NCBI GenBank assembly: GCA_020725805.1
Contig: DYEF01000072.1
Coordinates: 148 to 64,147 of the forward strand
Length of the DNA: 64,000 bases
Direction of reading: 5' to 3'
Origin: Bdellovibrio sp.
GTDB lineage: Bacteria > Myxococcota > SpSt-1050
Positions within the stretch are counted from its first letter, which is position 1; each line of letters starts with the position of its first letter. Positions 19,567 to 29,879 of this stretch are shown piece by piece. A program made the position numbers and the translations under genes. The notes under the pieces were generated by a model. It searched no databases. It was not told the DNA's origin and was given only the letters and a program-made list of their open reading frames with translations.

Positions 19567-21287
19567 CAGTGGCAACCCCTTGACGGGACTTCGGACGGAG
19601 AAAAGAGAGTCTCTCTCTTTGTCTCGTACTTTTTCCCTACCGGCTCCCATCTTCCGCCCTTATATGTCATTACCTTGCATCTGCCCGTGCATTTGTAGGT
19701 GCCCGATGAATTGTACTCCCAGCCCAGATATTCTGATGAACCTGCACCGATCGTGGTTATCAGGAATCTGTTCTTGAGTCCTCCGAAATATTCTGCCTGC
19801 TTCTCCGGTTCCGGTTCATCTCCGCCGGACGGGTCGACTGGTATCCAGCCGTAGTTTGGCAGGTAGACCTCCACCCATCTGTGAAATACGTCATCGTAGG
19901 ATGCATCGTCACCTCTGATTACAACCGAACCGGCAAAGCGGGTAGGAATACCTGCTGCCCTGCACATTGCTATATAGACAAATGAATATTCGCTGCAGGA
20001 ACCCGAACCACGTTTGAGTACCGTCGGGGCAATATTCCATCCGCCGGAGAGTTCGTAGTGCATCTTCTCCTGAACATATTTGTAGATCTTTCTTGCGATC
20101 CAGTAGGGGTTCTTTTCATCACCCACAGCCTCTTTTACGGCATTCTGAATCACGGAGTCGTTTACTGAATATTTTATATCATCGGCGAGATACTTTTTTC
20201 TGATATCTTCGGGGACGAGCGAGAGAGGTCCTACTAATTCCGGGTCGATAAAGTATCTTATCTCATAGATATTTGCCCTGACCTTCATCTCGGCCTTTAC
20301 CTCCTCCCCGGGCTTTACATTTCTGAACGTAAAGTATGCAAAAATCTGGTCCCATTTGTCTTTTTTCATCTCGTATTTTGCAGGGGTGGTCTCTTTCGAA
20401 ATTATTTCCTGATTGGGCAGGTCGGAGGGGGAGGCGATAGCAATATTGATTTCGCTGATTGTGTCGGGACCGAAATTCTTGTACTTTTCCCTGTAAGTGA
20501 CTTCCTCGCTCTTGCCGTTTCTCCTGTATGCAGTCTTTTCGGCCTTAACGTTGATTTTTGCAATGACCTTTCTTTCGAGGTCTGCAACATATAGTTCATC
20601 CTTATAGAATGTAATCCCTGTCATAAAAGGGAGTTCGGGTATATTGTAGATGTTGACGACATCTCCGGTCTTCGGGTAAATCTGGTAGACTGTATCGGTA
20701 TTTCTGTCGGTTACGAAGATATATCCGTTTCTGTAGACCATTCCGTACTCTTCGGTTGCCCTCCCTTTGCCGGCAGTCGGCATCGGAAATGCGGATATAG
20801 TAGTCCCATCATCAGCCGAAATTTTATTTATTGTCTTCTTGCTCAGGTCGTTGATGTAAAGAAACCCGTCTCCGAAGGCAATTGCAAGCGGGGTATCTAC
20901 ATCGATTTCGAGCTTCTTTACCATCTCTTTTGAGGCAATTTCGATCTTGAATATGGCCTTGTCGTCATTATCCAGCACATAGAGGAATTTGCCATCTGAT
21001 GTCATAGAGGACGGATTTGTCCCGGGAGTAATGACGTATTCAGAGAGCTTCTTCTCTTTGATTCCGAACCTGTATATCCTTTCGGTTTCCTTGTCGATTA
21101 TATACAGGTCATTTTCATCGGATGTCAGTGCTACAGGCGATTTGATATTAAGCGGGATTATCTGTTCTACCTCTCCCGGATATCTGGTTTTTGAGACATT
21201 GACGGCAGGGTCGGGTTTCCCTTTGGTAGCATAGGAAGATACTGCAAATAAAAGAATTAATACAACAAGTAACAACTTTCTGGTCAT
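19566..21287 (-). CDS. Exported transglutaminase-like protein with N-terminal beta-propeller
   Basis: GGAGG RBS, signal peptide MTRKLLL; triad motifs GSCSEYS, FHRWVEVY, GWIPVDPS; repeated LYIID/LYVLD/LYVAD blades. Confidence 0.87.
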   Translation of the reverse strand: MTRKLLLVVLILLFAVSSYATKGKPDPAVNVSKTRYPGEVEQIIPLNIKSPVALTSDENDLYIIDKETERIYRFGIKEKKLSEYVITPGTNPSSMTSDGKFLYVLDNDDKAIFKIEIASKEMVKKLEIDVDTPLAIAFGDGFLYINDLSKKTINKISADDGTTISAFPMPTAGKGRATEEYGMVYRNGYIFVTDRNTDTVYQIYPKTGDVVNIYNIPELPFMTGITFYKDELYVADLERKVIAKINVKAEKTAYRRNGKSEEVTYREKYKNFGPDTISEINIAIASPSDLPNQEIISKETTPAKYEMKKDKWDQIFAYFTFRNVKPGEEVKAEMKVRANIYEIRYFIDPELVGPLSLVPEDIRKKYLADDIKYSVNDSVIQNAVKEAVGDEKNPYWIARKIYKYVQEKMHYELSGGWNIAPTVLKRGSGSCSEYSFVYIAMCRAAGIPTRFAGSVVIRGDDASYDDVFHRWVEVYLPNYGWIPVDPSGGDEPEPEKQAEYFGGLKNRFLITTIGAGSSEYLGWEYNSSGTYKCTGRCKVMTYKGGRWEPVGKKYETKRETLFSPSEVPSRGCH

Positions 21288-21450
21288 TCGTGGTACCTCC
21301 ATAAAGTCCATAGAGATAATATTTATAATGGTTTTTATACAAAAGGCAACAAGATTGCGAAATTTCCCTGATTAAAGGCGTGGTTTGGCTTGCTAAATCC
21401 CTAATATTATGATAGCAATCAGCAACTTTATGTGTGGAATCAGCCTGATT

Positions 21451-24045
21451 ATGAACAAGAAGAGTTTTGTATTTCTGTGCATCCTTCTGACTTTATCTCT
21501 TCCTCTCTTTGCTCAGGATAAGAAGGAGAATGAGAAACCTGCAGGTGTTCTCACACGTCCCCCCGAACTTAAGGAGTATAAGGAAGAGAACCTCTGGCCC
21601 GAGGGTGAGCCCGCTGAGAGGGGACCGGTTGAAGTTATGCTCGAAATCGAGATAGACGAAAAGGGTGATGTGGTCAGTGTAACGAGCAGTAGTCAGGAGA
21701 AGGAGGTATTCGTAAAAGCGGCAATCGAAAAGGCAAAGACTTTCAGATTCATTCCGGCAGAGATAGACAATAAACCCGCAAGAGTGAAAATAATCTACCG
21801 GTTTTACATATATCCTCCCGAAAAGCCCAAGGAGATTCCGAAGCAGGTTCTCAGGATAGGAGGAGTTGTTCTCGAGAGCGGCACCCGGGCGCCTGTCGGT
21901 TTTGCATCGGTGGTATGCAAGAATCTGGATGACAAGACGATTTCTTCCACAGAGACGGATGAGTCGGGCAGATTCGAATTCTTCAACCTAAAAGACGGTG
22001 TCTATAAGATTACAGTTCTGTCTGCCGGATATAAAAAATACGAGACGCAGGAGGTTTTGGAGAAGAGCCAGCAGCTGGAGGTGAAGTATTTTATACTCAG
22101 GACTTCGTATAACGAGTTCGAGACGATTGTGAGAGGCAAGAAGGAGAAGAAGGAGATTGTAAAGAGGACCATTGAGATAGAGGAGATATCGAAGATACCC
22201 GGCACAGGCGGAGATGCAATCAGGGTGATTCAGAATATGCCCGGCGTTGCAAGGACGATACTCAATACCGGAGGGCTGATTGTAAGAGGGTCGCGGCCTC
22301 AGGATACAAGGGTCTTTATCGACGGGATGCCGCTTCCGATACTCTTTCACTTCTACGGTCTTACCTCGACATACAACAGCGAGATGCTCTCGAGTATCGA
22401 TTTCTATCCGGGCGGATTCTCCCCGGAGTACGGGAATACGAGTGCAGGTATTGTGGAACTCAAGAGGAGAGAGCCCAAGACTGACAGGCTGCACGGCTAT
22501 CTGGATGTCAATATTGTCGAGGCCTCTGCAATGGCTGAGGGGCCGGTGAATGATAAACTCTCCTTTGCTGCGGCATTCAGGCGCTCATACGTCGATTATA
22601 TTATAAGTGCGATTGCCAGCAATGTGGATGCCTTCGACCTGACGGTTGCCCCGAAATATTATGACTATCAGGCCCAGCTGAATTACAGGCTGAATCCAAA
22701 AGATACCCTTGATGTAGGAATATTTGGCTCCCGTGACGCCTTCGAGATGATCTTCAAGGAGCCGGTTGCCGAGGCGGACCCCCTTGCAAGCGGGACCTTC
22801 AATGCGGGTACTATGTTTCATACAGGTCTTGTAAAATGGATACACAGGGAAGATGAGAGCAGACTCGAGTCGATGTTCGGAATCGGATATATAGGTTTTG
22901 ATTTCGGGATGTTCGAAAAACTCAGAATGTCAATGGACCAGTGGTATTTCGTCTCGAGGGAAAAATACGAGAAGAGACTCTCCGACAAACTGAATCTTAC
23001 AGTGGGCTGGGATATCCATCTGATATATGTCGGCGCAGATGTCGTGGCCCCTCAGATTCCGAAGAATATGGTAGATTCCTTCAAACCGCTTTCCAATTCG
23101 AGTTATACGAAGACTGATCAGGCCGAATGGACATTCATTCCTGCTTTTTTTACCGAGTTTGACATAAAGCCTGTAAAGGAGCTGAGATTACTTCCGGGAC
23201 TAAGGGCAGGATATATGGACCCGACCCGGGAACTAACAATTGAACCGAGAGTAAGGGCATTTTATGATATTACAGAAAAATTGCAGCTGAAACTTGCAAC
23301 AGGTCTATACAGACAATTGCCCGGTTCTTCTCATCTCTCGAGAGATTACGGTAATCCGAAACTGCATTCCCTTTATGCCGTTCAGAACGGTATAGGTGCG
23401 GAGTATAAATTTACAGAACTTGTCTCTCTGGATATCGAACTCTTCTACAAATATGCTTGGGATATGGCATATTCGAATCCGAATTCCTCTGAAAATAATG
23501 TCGATAAGGAGCCAAGATACCTGAACAGCGGGGGAGGGCGGGCATACGGAATGGAACTCTTTTTGAGACACAATCCCTCAAAGTGGTTTTCGGGGTGGGT
23601 CTCCTATACCCTGAGCAGGAGCGAATATTATGAACACAAGGGGATGGATTACAGGACAAGCCCGTGGGACCAGACGCATATCCTTACGCTCATTTCGCTT
23701 TTTAAACTTCCTAAGAACTGGGATATCGGATTCAGGTTCAGACTTGTTTCGGGCAATCCGACAACGATTCTTAAGGGCGGCGTCTATATGTCCGACTATA
23801 ATTCGTATATTCCTGTTTACGATAGTGTAAACGCTGACAGAATGCCGGTCTTTCATCAGCTGGACCTGAGGGTAGATAAGAAGTTTATCTTTGACAAATG
23901 GATACTTTCCGGATATATAGATATCCAAAATGTTTATAATCACCGCTCTATAGAAGGTGTGATATACAATTATGATTATACACAGAGACAATGGCTTGAA
24001 GGTCTGCCGGTTATTCCGAGTTTTGGTTTTAAGGCTGAGTTTTAG
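21451..24045 (+). CDS. TonB-dependent receptor with N-terminal TonB C-terminal domain and carboxypeptidase-regulatory-like domain
   Basis: Signal peptide; EIDEKGDV..FRFIPA..ARVKI TonB-C; plug IQNMPGV..LIVRGS..IDG..FYPGGFSPEYG; barrel ends FGFKAEF (track start 21409 also possible). Confidence 0.9.
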   Translation: MNKKSFVFLCILLTLSLPLFAQDKKENEKPAGVLTRPPELKEYKEENLWPEGEPAERGPVEVMLEIEIDEKGDVVSVTSSSQEKEVFVKAAIEKAKTFRFIPAEIDNKPARVKIIYRFYIYPPEKPKEIPKQVLRIGGVVLESGTRAPVGFASVVCKNLDDKTISSTETDESGRFEFFNLKDGVYKITVLSAGYKKYETQEVLEKSQQLEVKYFILRTSYNEFETIVRGKKEKKEIVKRTIEIEEISKIPGTGGDAIRVIQNMPGVARTILNTGGLIVRGSRPQDTRVFIDGMPLPILFHFYGLTSTYNSEMLSSIDFYPGGFSPEYGNTSAGIVELKRREPKTDRLHGYLDVNIVEASAMAEGPVNDKLSFAAAFRRSYVDYIISAIASNVDAFDLTVAPKYYDYQAQLNYRLNPKDTLDVGIFGSRDAFEMIFKEPVAEADPLASGTFNAGTMFHTGLVKWIHREDESRLESMFGIGYIGFDFGMFEKLRMSMDQWYFVSREKYEKRLSDKLNLTVGWDIHLIYVGADVVAPQIPKNMVDSFKPLSNSSYTKTDQAEWTFIPAFFTEFDIKPVKELRLLPGLRAGYMDPTRELTIEPRVRAFYDITEKLQLKLATGLYRQLPGSSHLSRDYGNPKLHSLYAVQNGIGAEYKFTELVSLDIELFYKYAWDMAYSNPNSSENNVDKEPRYLNSGGGRAYGMELFLRHNPSKWFSGWVSYTLSRSEYYEHKGMDYRTSPWDQTHILTLISLFKLPKNWDIGFRFRLVSGNPTTILKGGVYMSDYNSYIPVYDSVNADRMPVFHQLDLRVDKKFIFDKWILSGYIDIQNVYNHRSIEGVIYNYDYTQRQWLEGLPVIPSFGFKAEF

Positions 24046-24916
24046 TCTCTTTCTGCTCTTCTGCTTCTCCTGTCAGCCCGAACTCGAGCAGCCCTATGAG
24101 ATAAAAAAACTCAGGATTCTGGGAGTGAGGGCAAACCACCCTCAGATACAGGTGAGTTTTACAGATAATGTTCCGTCTTTTACTCCCGATAGTATAAAAT
24201 TTGATATACTTGCGGCAGACCCGGATTCTGCCTGCGGCAACGTAAAATTCTCTGTAAAATATTCCGTATGCATTCCGCAGCAATATAATGATGACTCTTC
24301 ATATTCTCTCGATTGTGAAGGGAAAAACGGTATACCGATAGAAGGTAATACACTCAATCCGCTTTCTTTCTTCCTTGAACTGATGAACAGATACAAGGAT
24401 ATAGGACAGGTAAATCTCCCTGTCGATGTCGTGATGAAAGGCGACAGATTCAGGATACCCATACCCGTAATGGCAAAGGTGTCGAACGGGAGGGAAGAGA
24501 TGTCGGCACTCAAATTCGTGGAATTTATCAATACCGGCAGAGACAATAAAAATCCTGCGATTTCGAAGATTCTCATTGATGAAACTGATGTAACCGCGAT
24601 AGATTACAGCTTTTCCCTCGTTGCAAACCGCAAGTATAAGATTAAACCCGTAGTAAACAAGGCAAGTCTGGACAAGATATATTACGAAGTTGATGATAAG
24701 TATGAAGACGAAGGAGTTCAGCTCTCCTTCTTTGCACAGAAGGGGGAGTTCGACAAGGTTGCAACCTCCGATAAGGCTCCGGATGTCGTCTATACCACAC
24801 CCGTTTCGGACAGAGAGGAATATACCTCGATATACATTGTGGCAAGGGATTTCAGGGGAGGGATTGACTGGATAACAATGAGCTGTATCAGAATTTTACC
24901 GGACAAGAAGGAGTAG
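24023..24916 (+). CDS. Lipoprotein partner of the TonB-dependent receptor
   Basis: Lipobox CFSC, LRILGVRA, NKNP, VARDFRGGIDW; overlaps the receptor 3' end; start uncertain (TTG 24023). Confidence 0.7.
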   Translation: MVLRLSFSLFLLFCFSCQPELEQPYEIKKLRILGVRANHPQIQVSFTDNVPSFTPDSIKFDILAADPDSACGNVKFSVKYSVCIPQQYNDDSSYSLDCEGKNGIPIEGNTLNPLSFFLELMNRYKDIGQVNLPVDVVMKGDRFRIPIPVMAKVSNGREEMSALKFVEFINTGRDNKNPAISKILIDETDVTAIDYSFSLVANRKYKIKPVVNKASLDKIYYEVDDKYEDEGVQLSFFAQKGEFDKVATSDKAPDVVYTTPVSDREEYTSIYIVARDFRGGIDWITMSCIRILPDKKE

Positions 24917-24922
24917 TAATAT

Positions 24923-25636
24923 ATGATAATTTCTTTTGCTCTTGAAAATGAATTTAAGGGAGTGAAAGAATATTATAATGCAGAACGAATTCAGGGTGCC
25001 CCCTTTAAGGCATACGCCTCACAGAAGGCAGAAGACGTAAAATTTATTATTTCAGGAGTCGGCATAAAGGCTGCTCAGGATATCATCTCGAAGGCGCTCA
25101 AATATTTCAATGATGATACACTGATAGTTTCGGGGACCTGCGGTGCACTGAAACCCGGACTGAACATAGGAGACATTGTAATCTACAAACAGGTCATTAT
25201 GGTCAGGGGTGAACGTTCGAACCGCTATCAGCTCGACAAGGAGATGATTAAGGTCTGTGCCGAGAGGCTGAAAAAGGCCGGTCTTGTCGTTCATACGGGG
25301 ACAGGTCTTACCACAGAAAAACCGCTCTATAGTCCGGCAGAAAAACAGTATTACGGTTCGAAATATAATGCGGATGTAGTCGATATGGAGAGCGGTATTA
25401 TATTCAGTTTTACCAGCAAGAAACAGAAGAAGATAATGATCGTCAGGTCCGTTCTCGACAGGGTCTTTGACTATCTTCCGGATGCCGATATAAATGCTCC
25501 GGTTCCTCAGGCACAGGGACTCGGTGCCCACTATTACAAGGCAGTCGAGTTCTCCGTCGAGTCAATCAAAAAGGCCGTAATTGAACTTATAAATCAGTGC
25601 AAAAACGTAAAGAATAATCTTCCCGCACAGGGTTAA
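24923..25636 (+). CDS. Nucleoside phosphorylase / MTA-SAH nucleosidase-like protein (PNP_UDP_1 family)
   Basis: SGVG, SGTCGALKPGLNIGD, VDMES, VRSVLD. Confidence 0.82.
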   Translation: MIISFALENEFKGVKEYYNAERIQGAPFKAYASQKAEDVKFIISGVGIKAAQDIISKALKYFNDDTLIVSGTCGALKPGLNIGDIVIYKQVIMVRGERSNRYQLDKEMIKVCAERLKKAGLVVHTGTGLTTEKPLYSPAEKQYYGSKYNADVVDMESGIIFSFTSKKQKKIMIVRSVLDRVFDYLPDADINAPVPQAQGLGAHYYKAVEFSVESIKKAVIELINQCKNVKNNLPAQG

Positions 25637-26454
25637 TGCTTTTTCAGCCAGCTGATCAGCTCCGAGATTGCCTCTTCCTTCTTTACCTCGTTGAATATCT
25701 CGTGATAGAATCCTTCGAAAATTCTGTGGATTTTCTCTTTTGAAGAGAGGTGTTCATAAAATCTCTTCTCTGCTTCGAGCGAGACGAGTTTGTCGTCGCC
25801 TGCGGAGAGTATCGCGACGGGAATCTCTATCTTCGATGCGATCTCTTCGATATCCTTCTGTGCCCTGATTATTTCGGTAAACCATCTCGCAGTTGCATAT
25901 TTGTTTATCATCGGGTCCGTGTCATAGGATTTTGCAATACTCTCATCGTGAGTGCAGTACTCCCCCTTTATACCGGCCGGCATCGAGAATGAGGGGAGCA
26001 GGGCGGATGCGATATTGCCGGCAAGCCTCTTTATCAGCGGGACCTCCATCGAAAGACCGAAGAACGGAGAGGAGAGAATGAGTGTCTTGATGTTGTTCTG
26101 ATATCTGGAGGTATATGTTGATGCAATAAGCCCTCCCATACTGTGTCCGAGTAATGTAATCTTATCCTGTTGTGAAATCTCCTTTACGAGGTCTGCAATT
26201 ATAGTCAGGTCGGCGATATAGTCTTCGAATCTCGAGACATAGGACCTTATTCCCTCGGATTTACCGTGACCTCTCAGGTCGAAGGCAAAGGTGGAGATGT
26301 TCTCCCGATTTAATCTTTCGAAGAGGGATTTATATCTCTCCGAATATTCACCGAACCCGTGGACAAGAAGGAGGGTATCAGACGGTTTTTCTGCAAGATT
26401 GTACCAGAAATACAGATTCTTTCCGTCAAATGTTGTGATATTTTTGCTCTCCAT
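25633..26454 (-). CDS. Lysophospholipase / monoacylglycerol lipase
   Basis: VHGFGEYSERY, DLRGHGKSEG, GHSMGG, GDDKLV, YHEIFNE; AGGAGG RBS before ATG 26454. Confidence 0.92.
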   Translation of the reverse strand: MESKNITTFDGKNLYFWYNLAEKPSDTLLLVHGFGEYSERYKSLFERLNRENISTFAFDLRGHGKSEGIRSYVSRFEDYIADLTIIADLVKEISQQDKITLLGHSMGGLIASTYTSRYQNNIKTLILSSPFFGLSMEVPLIKRLAGNIASALLPSFSMPAGIKGEYCTHDESIAKSYDTDPMINKYATARWFTEIIRAQKDIEEIASKIEIPVAILSAGDDKLVSLEAEKRFYEHLSSKEKIHRIFEGFYHEIFNEVKKEEAISELISWLKKH

Positions 26455-26544
26455 ACTCTTAACCTCCTTTGAGGTTCGGTTATTAGTATTACAAAACAGG
26501 AAATAAGGCAAGCAATAAAGGATTTTCTTAATGTCTTTCTCCGT

Positions 26545-28194
26545 TTATTTCAGTTTGTAAACGTTGAGGAGGGGTACACCTTCGACGGATATTTCGTACA
26601 GATTCGGGTAGTCTTTGTATTTATTATACAGTTCCGGATATTCCCTCCACCTCTCTTCGTGAGTCAGGACGAGGTATTCTGCAGTATTCAGGTCGACTAT
26701 CCTGATATCGTCTCTCAGAAGTTTATCATTTTTGTAGTAGGGTGCAGAGCGGATATATTCCTTGTTGTTGGGCAGAAAGGTTACCTTTGCATTCTTCGGG
26801 AGATTATTGTTGAACCATTTTACAAGGTCGGTATAGAAGATATCGTAGTACTGTCTCTCCATTCCGACCTTTAGTGCCCCCTTCGGTCCGCCGATGAATA
26901 TGTTGTAATAACTCAGATGATACGGATGAATCCTGAGTGTCGAATAGACCGCAGGTGCTAACGCAAGAATGATGAGGACTGGCGGTAGTGCAGTTTTCAG
27001 AAATCCGCCTTCTGTCCTTATCTTTTTGCGGATGAATTCGTATGCTCCCTGAATCCCGATTCCGCCAAGTATTGCAAAGAACGGAAAGAACGGCAGAAAT
27101 AGTTTGACTCCTCCGTATTTGGGGACATTCGGGAAGGCAACTGTGCCGATAGTAATGAATGCGTTTATAAGGAGAAGTTCGTAGAAGACCTGCTGAGGCT
27201 CATCGATTTTGATTCTCTTCCTGTAGATTTTGAGCAGGGTAAAAATAATCAGGGCAATTCCTGCAAGTCCGGCAATTATCGTAAGAGGCGGGGTAGTTAT
27301 GAGGGTCATTACAAATGATGAGTGCCACGGGGCAAACGGTTTTTCATAGATTGTCCCGAAGTAATAGAAGTAGATTCCGTAGTGCTTTATATGAAACCCC
27401 ATATATTCGTTGAGCCTTTTTAAGGTATCGTTCCATATCCACGGCCAGATCAGATAGAATACAATAAGCCCCAGCACAGGCATTGTAATGAGTGATAATT
27501 CCACCTTCGGGAATTTCAGCCCTGAGCCCCGGATGTATCTGAATTCATCGATATTCTTGACTCCCCAGTATGCCAGAATGGCTGCATAGAAGAACGGGGC
27601 ATTGAGCTTTGTCGAAAGGGCAAGCCCGAATACGAGTCCTGCAAGTATAGACCACCTGAGCGATTTTCTTGATGCCAGATATGCTGCAAAGGAGAAGAAG
27701 TATGTGGAGGCTACCGCGGCATCGAGGGTCTCGACGTGTGAATGGAAGAAGAATCGCGGCATAAATAGCAGGAGGAGCGAGGATGAGACTGCAGCGGTGA
27801 ATCCGACATATCTGTAGACCGTATAGCAGAGAACAAAACCGAGAACGGAGACGAGAATCATTATCCCGAGTCTGATTCCCATGATATTGTTTGCAATCTT
27901 TAACCATTTTGTAAATACCAGATGCGAAATCCCCATCATCAGTTTTGCAAAAGGCGGGTGCTCGCGATTGTAGTTCCAGTATGAATCTATTTCAGATTGC
28001 GTAAATCCTGTGAAATCCCCCTTTATGGCCTTCGAAAATGCGTTTGTAATCCATTCGGAGTATTTTATTGCCGCCTTCATATAAAAATCCACATCATCGG
28101 TCAGTCCGATTTCCTGTGCTGTAGGAATGAGGACAGCAAGGTAGATTATTGCAATTATCAGAGAGGTAAGAAGTATCTTTCTCTTATGCGGCAT
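26545..28194 (-). CDS. GT-C membrane glycosyltransferase (ArnT/PMT-like)
   Basis: Multi-TM; TDDVDFY, NREHPPFAKL, PRFFFHSH, LALSTK, HPYHLSYYN. Confidence 0.82.
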   Translation of the reverse strand: MPHKRKILLTSLIIAIIYLAVLIPTAQEIGLTDDVDFYMKAAIKYSEWITNAFSKAIKGDFTGFTQSEIDSYWNYNREHPPFAKLMMGISHLVFTKWLKIANNIMGIRLGIMILVSVLGFVLCYTVYRYVGFTAAVSSSLLLLFMPRFFFHSHVETLDAAVASTYFFSFAAYLASRKSLRWSILAGLVFGLALSTKLNAPFFYAAILAYWGVKNIDEFRYIRGSGLKFPKVELSLITMPVLGLIVFYLIWPWIWNDTLKRLNEYMGFHIKHYGIYFYYFGTIYEKPFAPWHSSFVMTLITTPPLTIIAGLAGIALIIFTLLKIYRKRIKIDEPQQVFYELLLINAFITIGTVAFPNVPKYGGVKLFLPFFPFFAILGGIGIQGAYEFIRKKIRTEGGFLKTALPPVLIILALAPAVYSTLRIHPYHLSYYNIFIGGPKGALKVGMERQYYDIFYTDLVKWFNNNLPKNAKVTFLPNNKEYIRSAPYYKNDKLLRDDIRIVDLNTAEYLVLTHEERWREYPELYNKYKDYPNLYEISVEGVPLLNVYKLK

Positions 28195-28196
28195 AT

Positions 28197-29879
28197 TTAC
28201 TTATTCGACCTGATATATGTCTGAACCATCGGTGCTTCGTCTATATAAGTGCCGTGTCTTGCAACTCTATTCCCAAAATATCGCCAGGTTTTATATAGAT
28301 CTTTCATATACCCCTTCTGGAAATGGAAGGTAGCGGCAGTGGCATTATCCGGTTCGTTGGCATAATTTATATCTTTTCTCAGAAATCCGTCGCGCTGATA
28401 CATCCTGTACGAGTCGTAGTTCGTCCTCTGGAAATAGACCGATGAGTTAGGGGGGAGATTTGTGTTCAGGTAGTCGAGTTCATAATATCCGGCAAATCCC
28501 CAGAATTTTCTCTGCATCTCGATATCTGCCGCACCCCTGACGCCTCTTACGAATTCATTGTAAAAGCCTGTTCCCACAGGATGGATATAGATTATCCCCA
28601 GTATCCCTGTGAGAATAATCAGTGAAACCGCACCGTACTGAATCTGCTTGCTGAATTTTATCAGTGAGGGCTTGTATGATATTGCAAACTTGAGAAGTGT
28701 CTCGAATTCGAGCGCACCAAGCAGGCAGAAGTATGGCATAGCATTGAACCAGTGTTTGACACCGCCGAATATCGGGACCGACGGCAGGGAGATGAGAAAT
28801 ATCGGAAAGAATGCGTTGAGCAATATAAGAAACATCAGAGCCCTGCTTTCGAGGGTTGAATAGATCTGCGGGGTCTTCTTTATCCACTGCACGATGAGCC
28901 AGAAGGTTGCTCTGAACGATCCCAGTGTCCCGAGTATCCAGATTACGGCAGGTACGGTAATCATAGTTTTGAAATAAGGATATGATACAGGCAGAGGTGG
29001 TCTGTCATAGGTTACATTGAAGTATGAGACAGGGTAATGCTCGTGATGCAGGTGAAAGTTGAAATATGTCCCGAGCCTTGCGAATACCTCGGGCCAGAGA
29101 TACGGCCAGTGACCTATCAGGATGAGCGGCCCGAAAATGAGCATGGAGAAGAAGGCGAGCGGGATAGTGGGGATTGAGAGTGAAACCCCTCCGTCCGGGT
29201 CTTTATGGAATTTCAGTTCGTTATGTCTGAGGTATATTATATAAATCAGCAGTAAAAATGGAATAAAGTATGCGTTGTGCTTCGTTGCAAGTGCAAAACC
29301 GAATATAATCCCTGCAAGGATTCCCCATTTGAAGGAGTAGAGTGATTTGACGAAAGCATAGACAGTGAAGAACCACATTGCTGTAATAGGGACGTCGAAG
29401 CAGGCGAGGTGAGAGTGAAACCAGAATCTGGGTATTACAGCCATCATCAGGGTAGAGAGGATTGCTACCCTCCTGTTGAAGAACTCGGCTGCAAAGAGAT
29501 ACATCAGAAAGAGCAGGAGTCCTGCAGAGAGCATACCGGGGATTCTGAATCCCGTTGAATTATTTGTAAGTTTCAGTTTGTTTGCAAAGAGCTGCCAGGA
29601 GAAGCCGAAGAGTTCCTTCATCAGAGCAGGGTGTTCGTGGTTGTAGGAGAAGTATCTGTCGATATTTGCCTTTGTAAATGAGGCGAGCGGTCTGCCTTTT
29701 TTGAGATTATCCCAGAGCTCCACAAACCATCCGTTGTACTGTTCTGCGGCCTTGAAGTAATAACCTTCATCCCTTACAAAACCGATATCCTTGCTCGTTG
29801 CCAGAAGTATAACGATATAAATAAGGGCGATTATGAGAGCAGTTATATAGTCCTTTTTAGTGAGAATATTTCTGTTCAT
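28197..29879 (-). CDS. GT-C membrane glycosyltransferase (ArnT/PMT-like), paralog of neighbour
   Basis: Multi-TM; RDEGYY, NHEHPALMK, PRFWFHSH, FALATK. Confidence 0.82.
   Translation of the reverse strand: MNRNILTKKDYITALIIALIYIVILLATSKDIGFVRDEGYYFKAAEQYNGWFVELWDNLKKGRPLASFTKANIDRYFSYNHEHPALMKELFGFSWQLFANKLKLTNNSTGFRIPGMLSAGLLLFLMYLFAAEFFNRRVAILSTLMMAVIPRFWFHSHLACFDVPITAMWFFTVYAFVKSLYSFKWGILAGIIFGFALATKHNAYFIPFLLLIYIIYLRHNELKFHKDPDGGVSLSIPTIPLAFFSMLIFGPLILIGHWPYLWPEVFARLGTYFNFHLHHEHYPVSYFNVTYDRPPLPVSYPYFKTMITVPAVIWILGTLGSFRATFWLIVQWIKKTPQIYSTLESRALMFLILLNAFFPIFLISLPSVPIFGGVKHWFNAMPYFCLLGALEFETLLKFAISYKPSLIKFSKQIQYGAVSLIILTGILGIIYIHPVGTGFYNEFVRGVRGAADIEMQRKFWGFAGYYELDYLNTNLPPNSSVYFQRTNYDSYRMYQRDGFLRKDINYANEPDNATAATFHFQKGYMKDLYKTWRYFGNRVARHGTYIDEAPMVQTYIRSNK

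Noticed and set aside
19566-19590. Transglutaminase C-terminus PSRGCH and the pilQ-downstream protein's KCSCK as further copies of the GCxC signal
   Set aside because: They lack the SDSSG prefix, the acidic linker and the four-residue tail
24923-25636. Hopanoid gene hpnG
   Set aside because: The family fits, but no hopanoid genes are nearby, so only a generic phosphorylase call is supported
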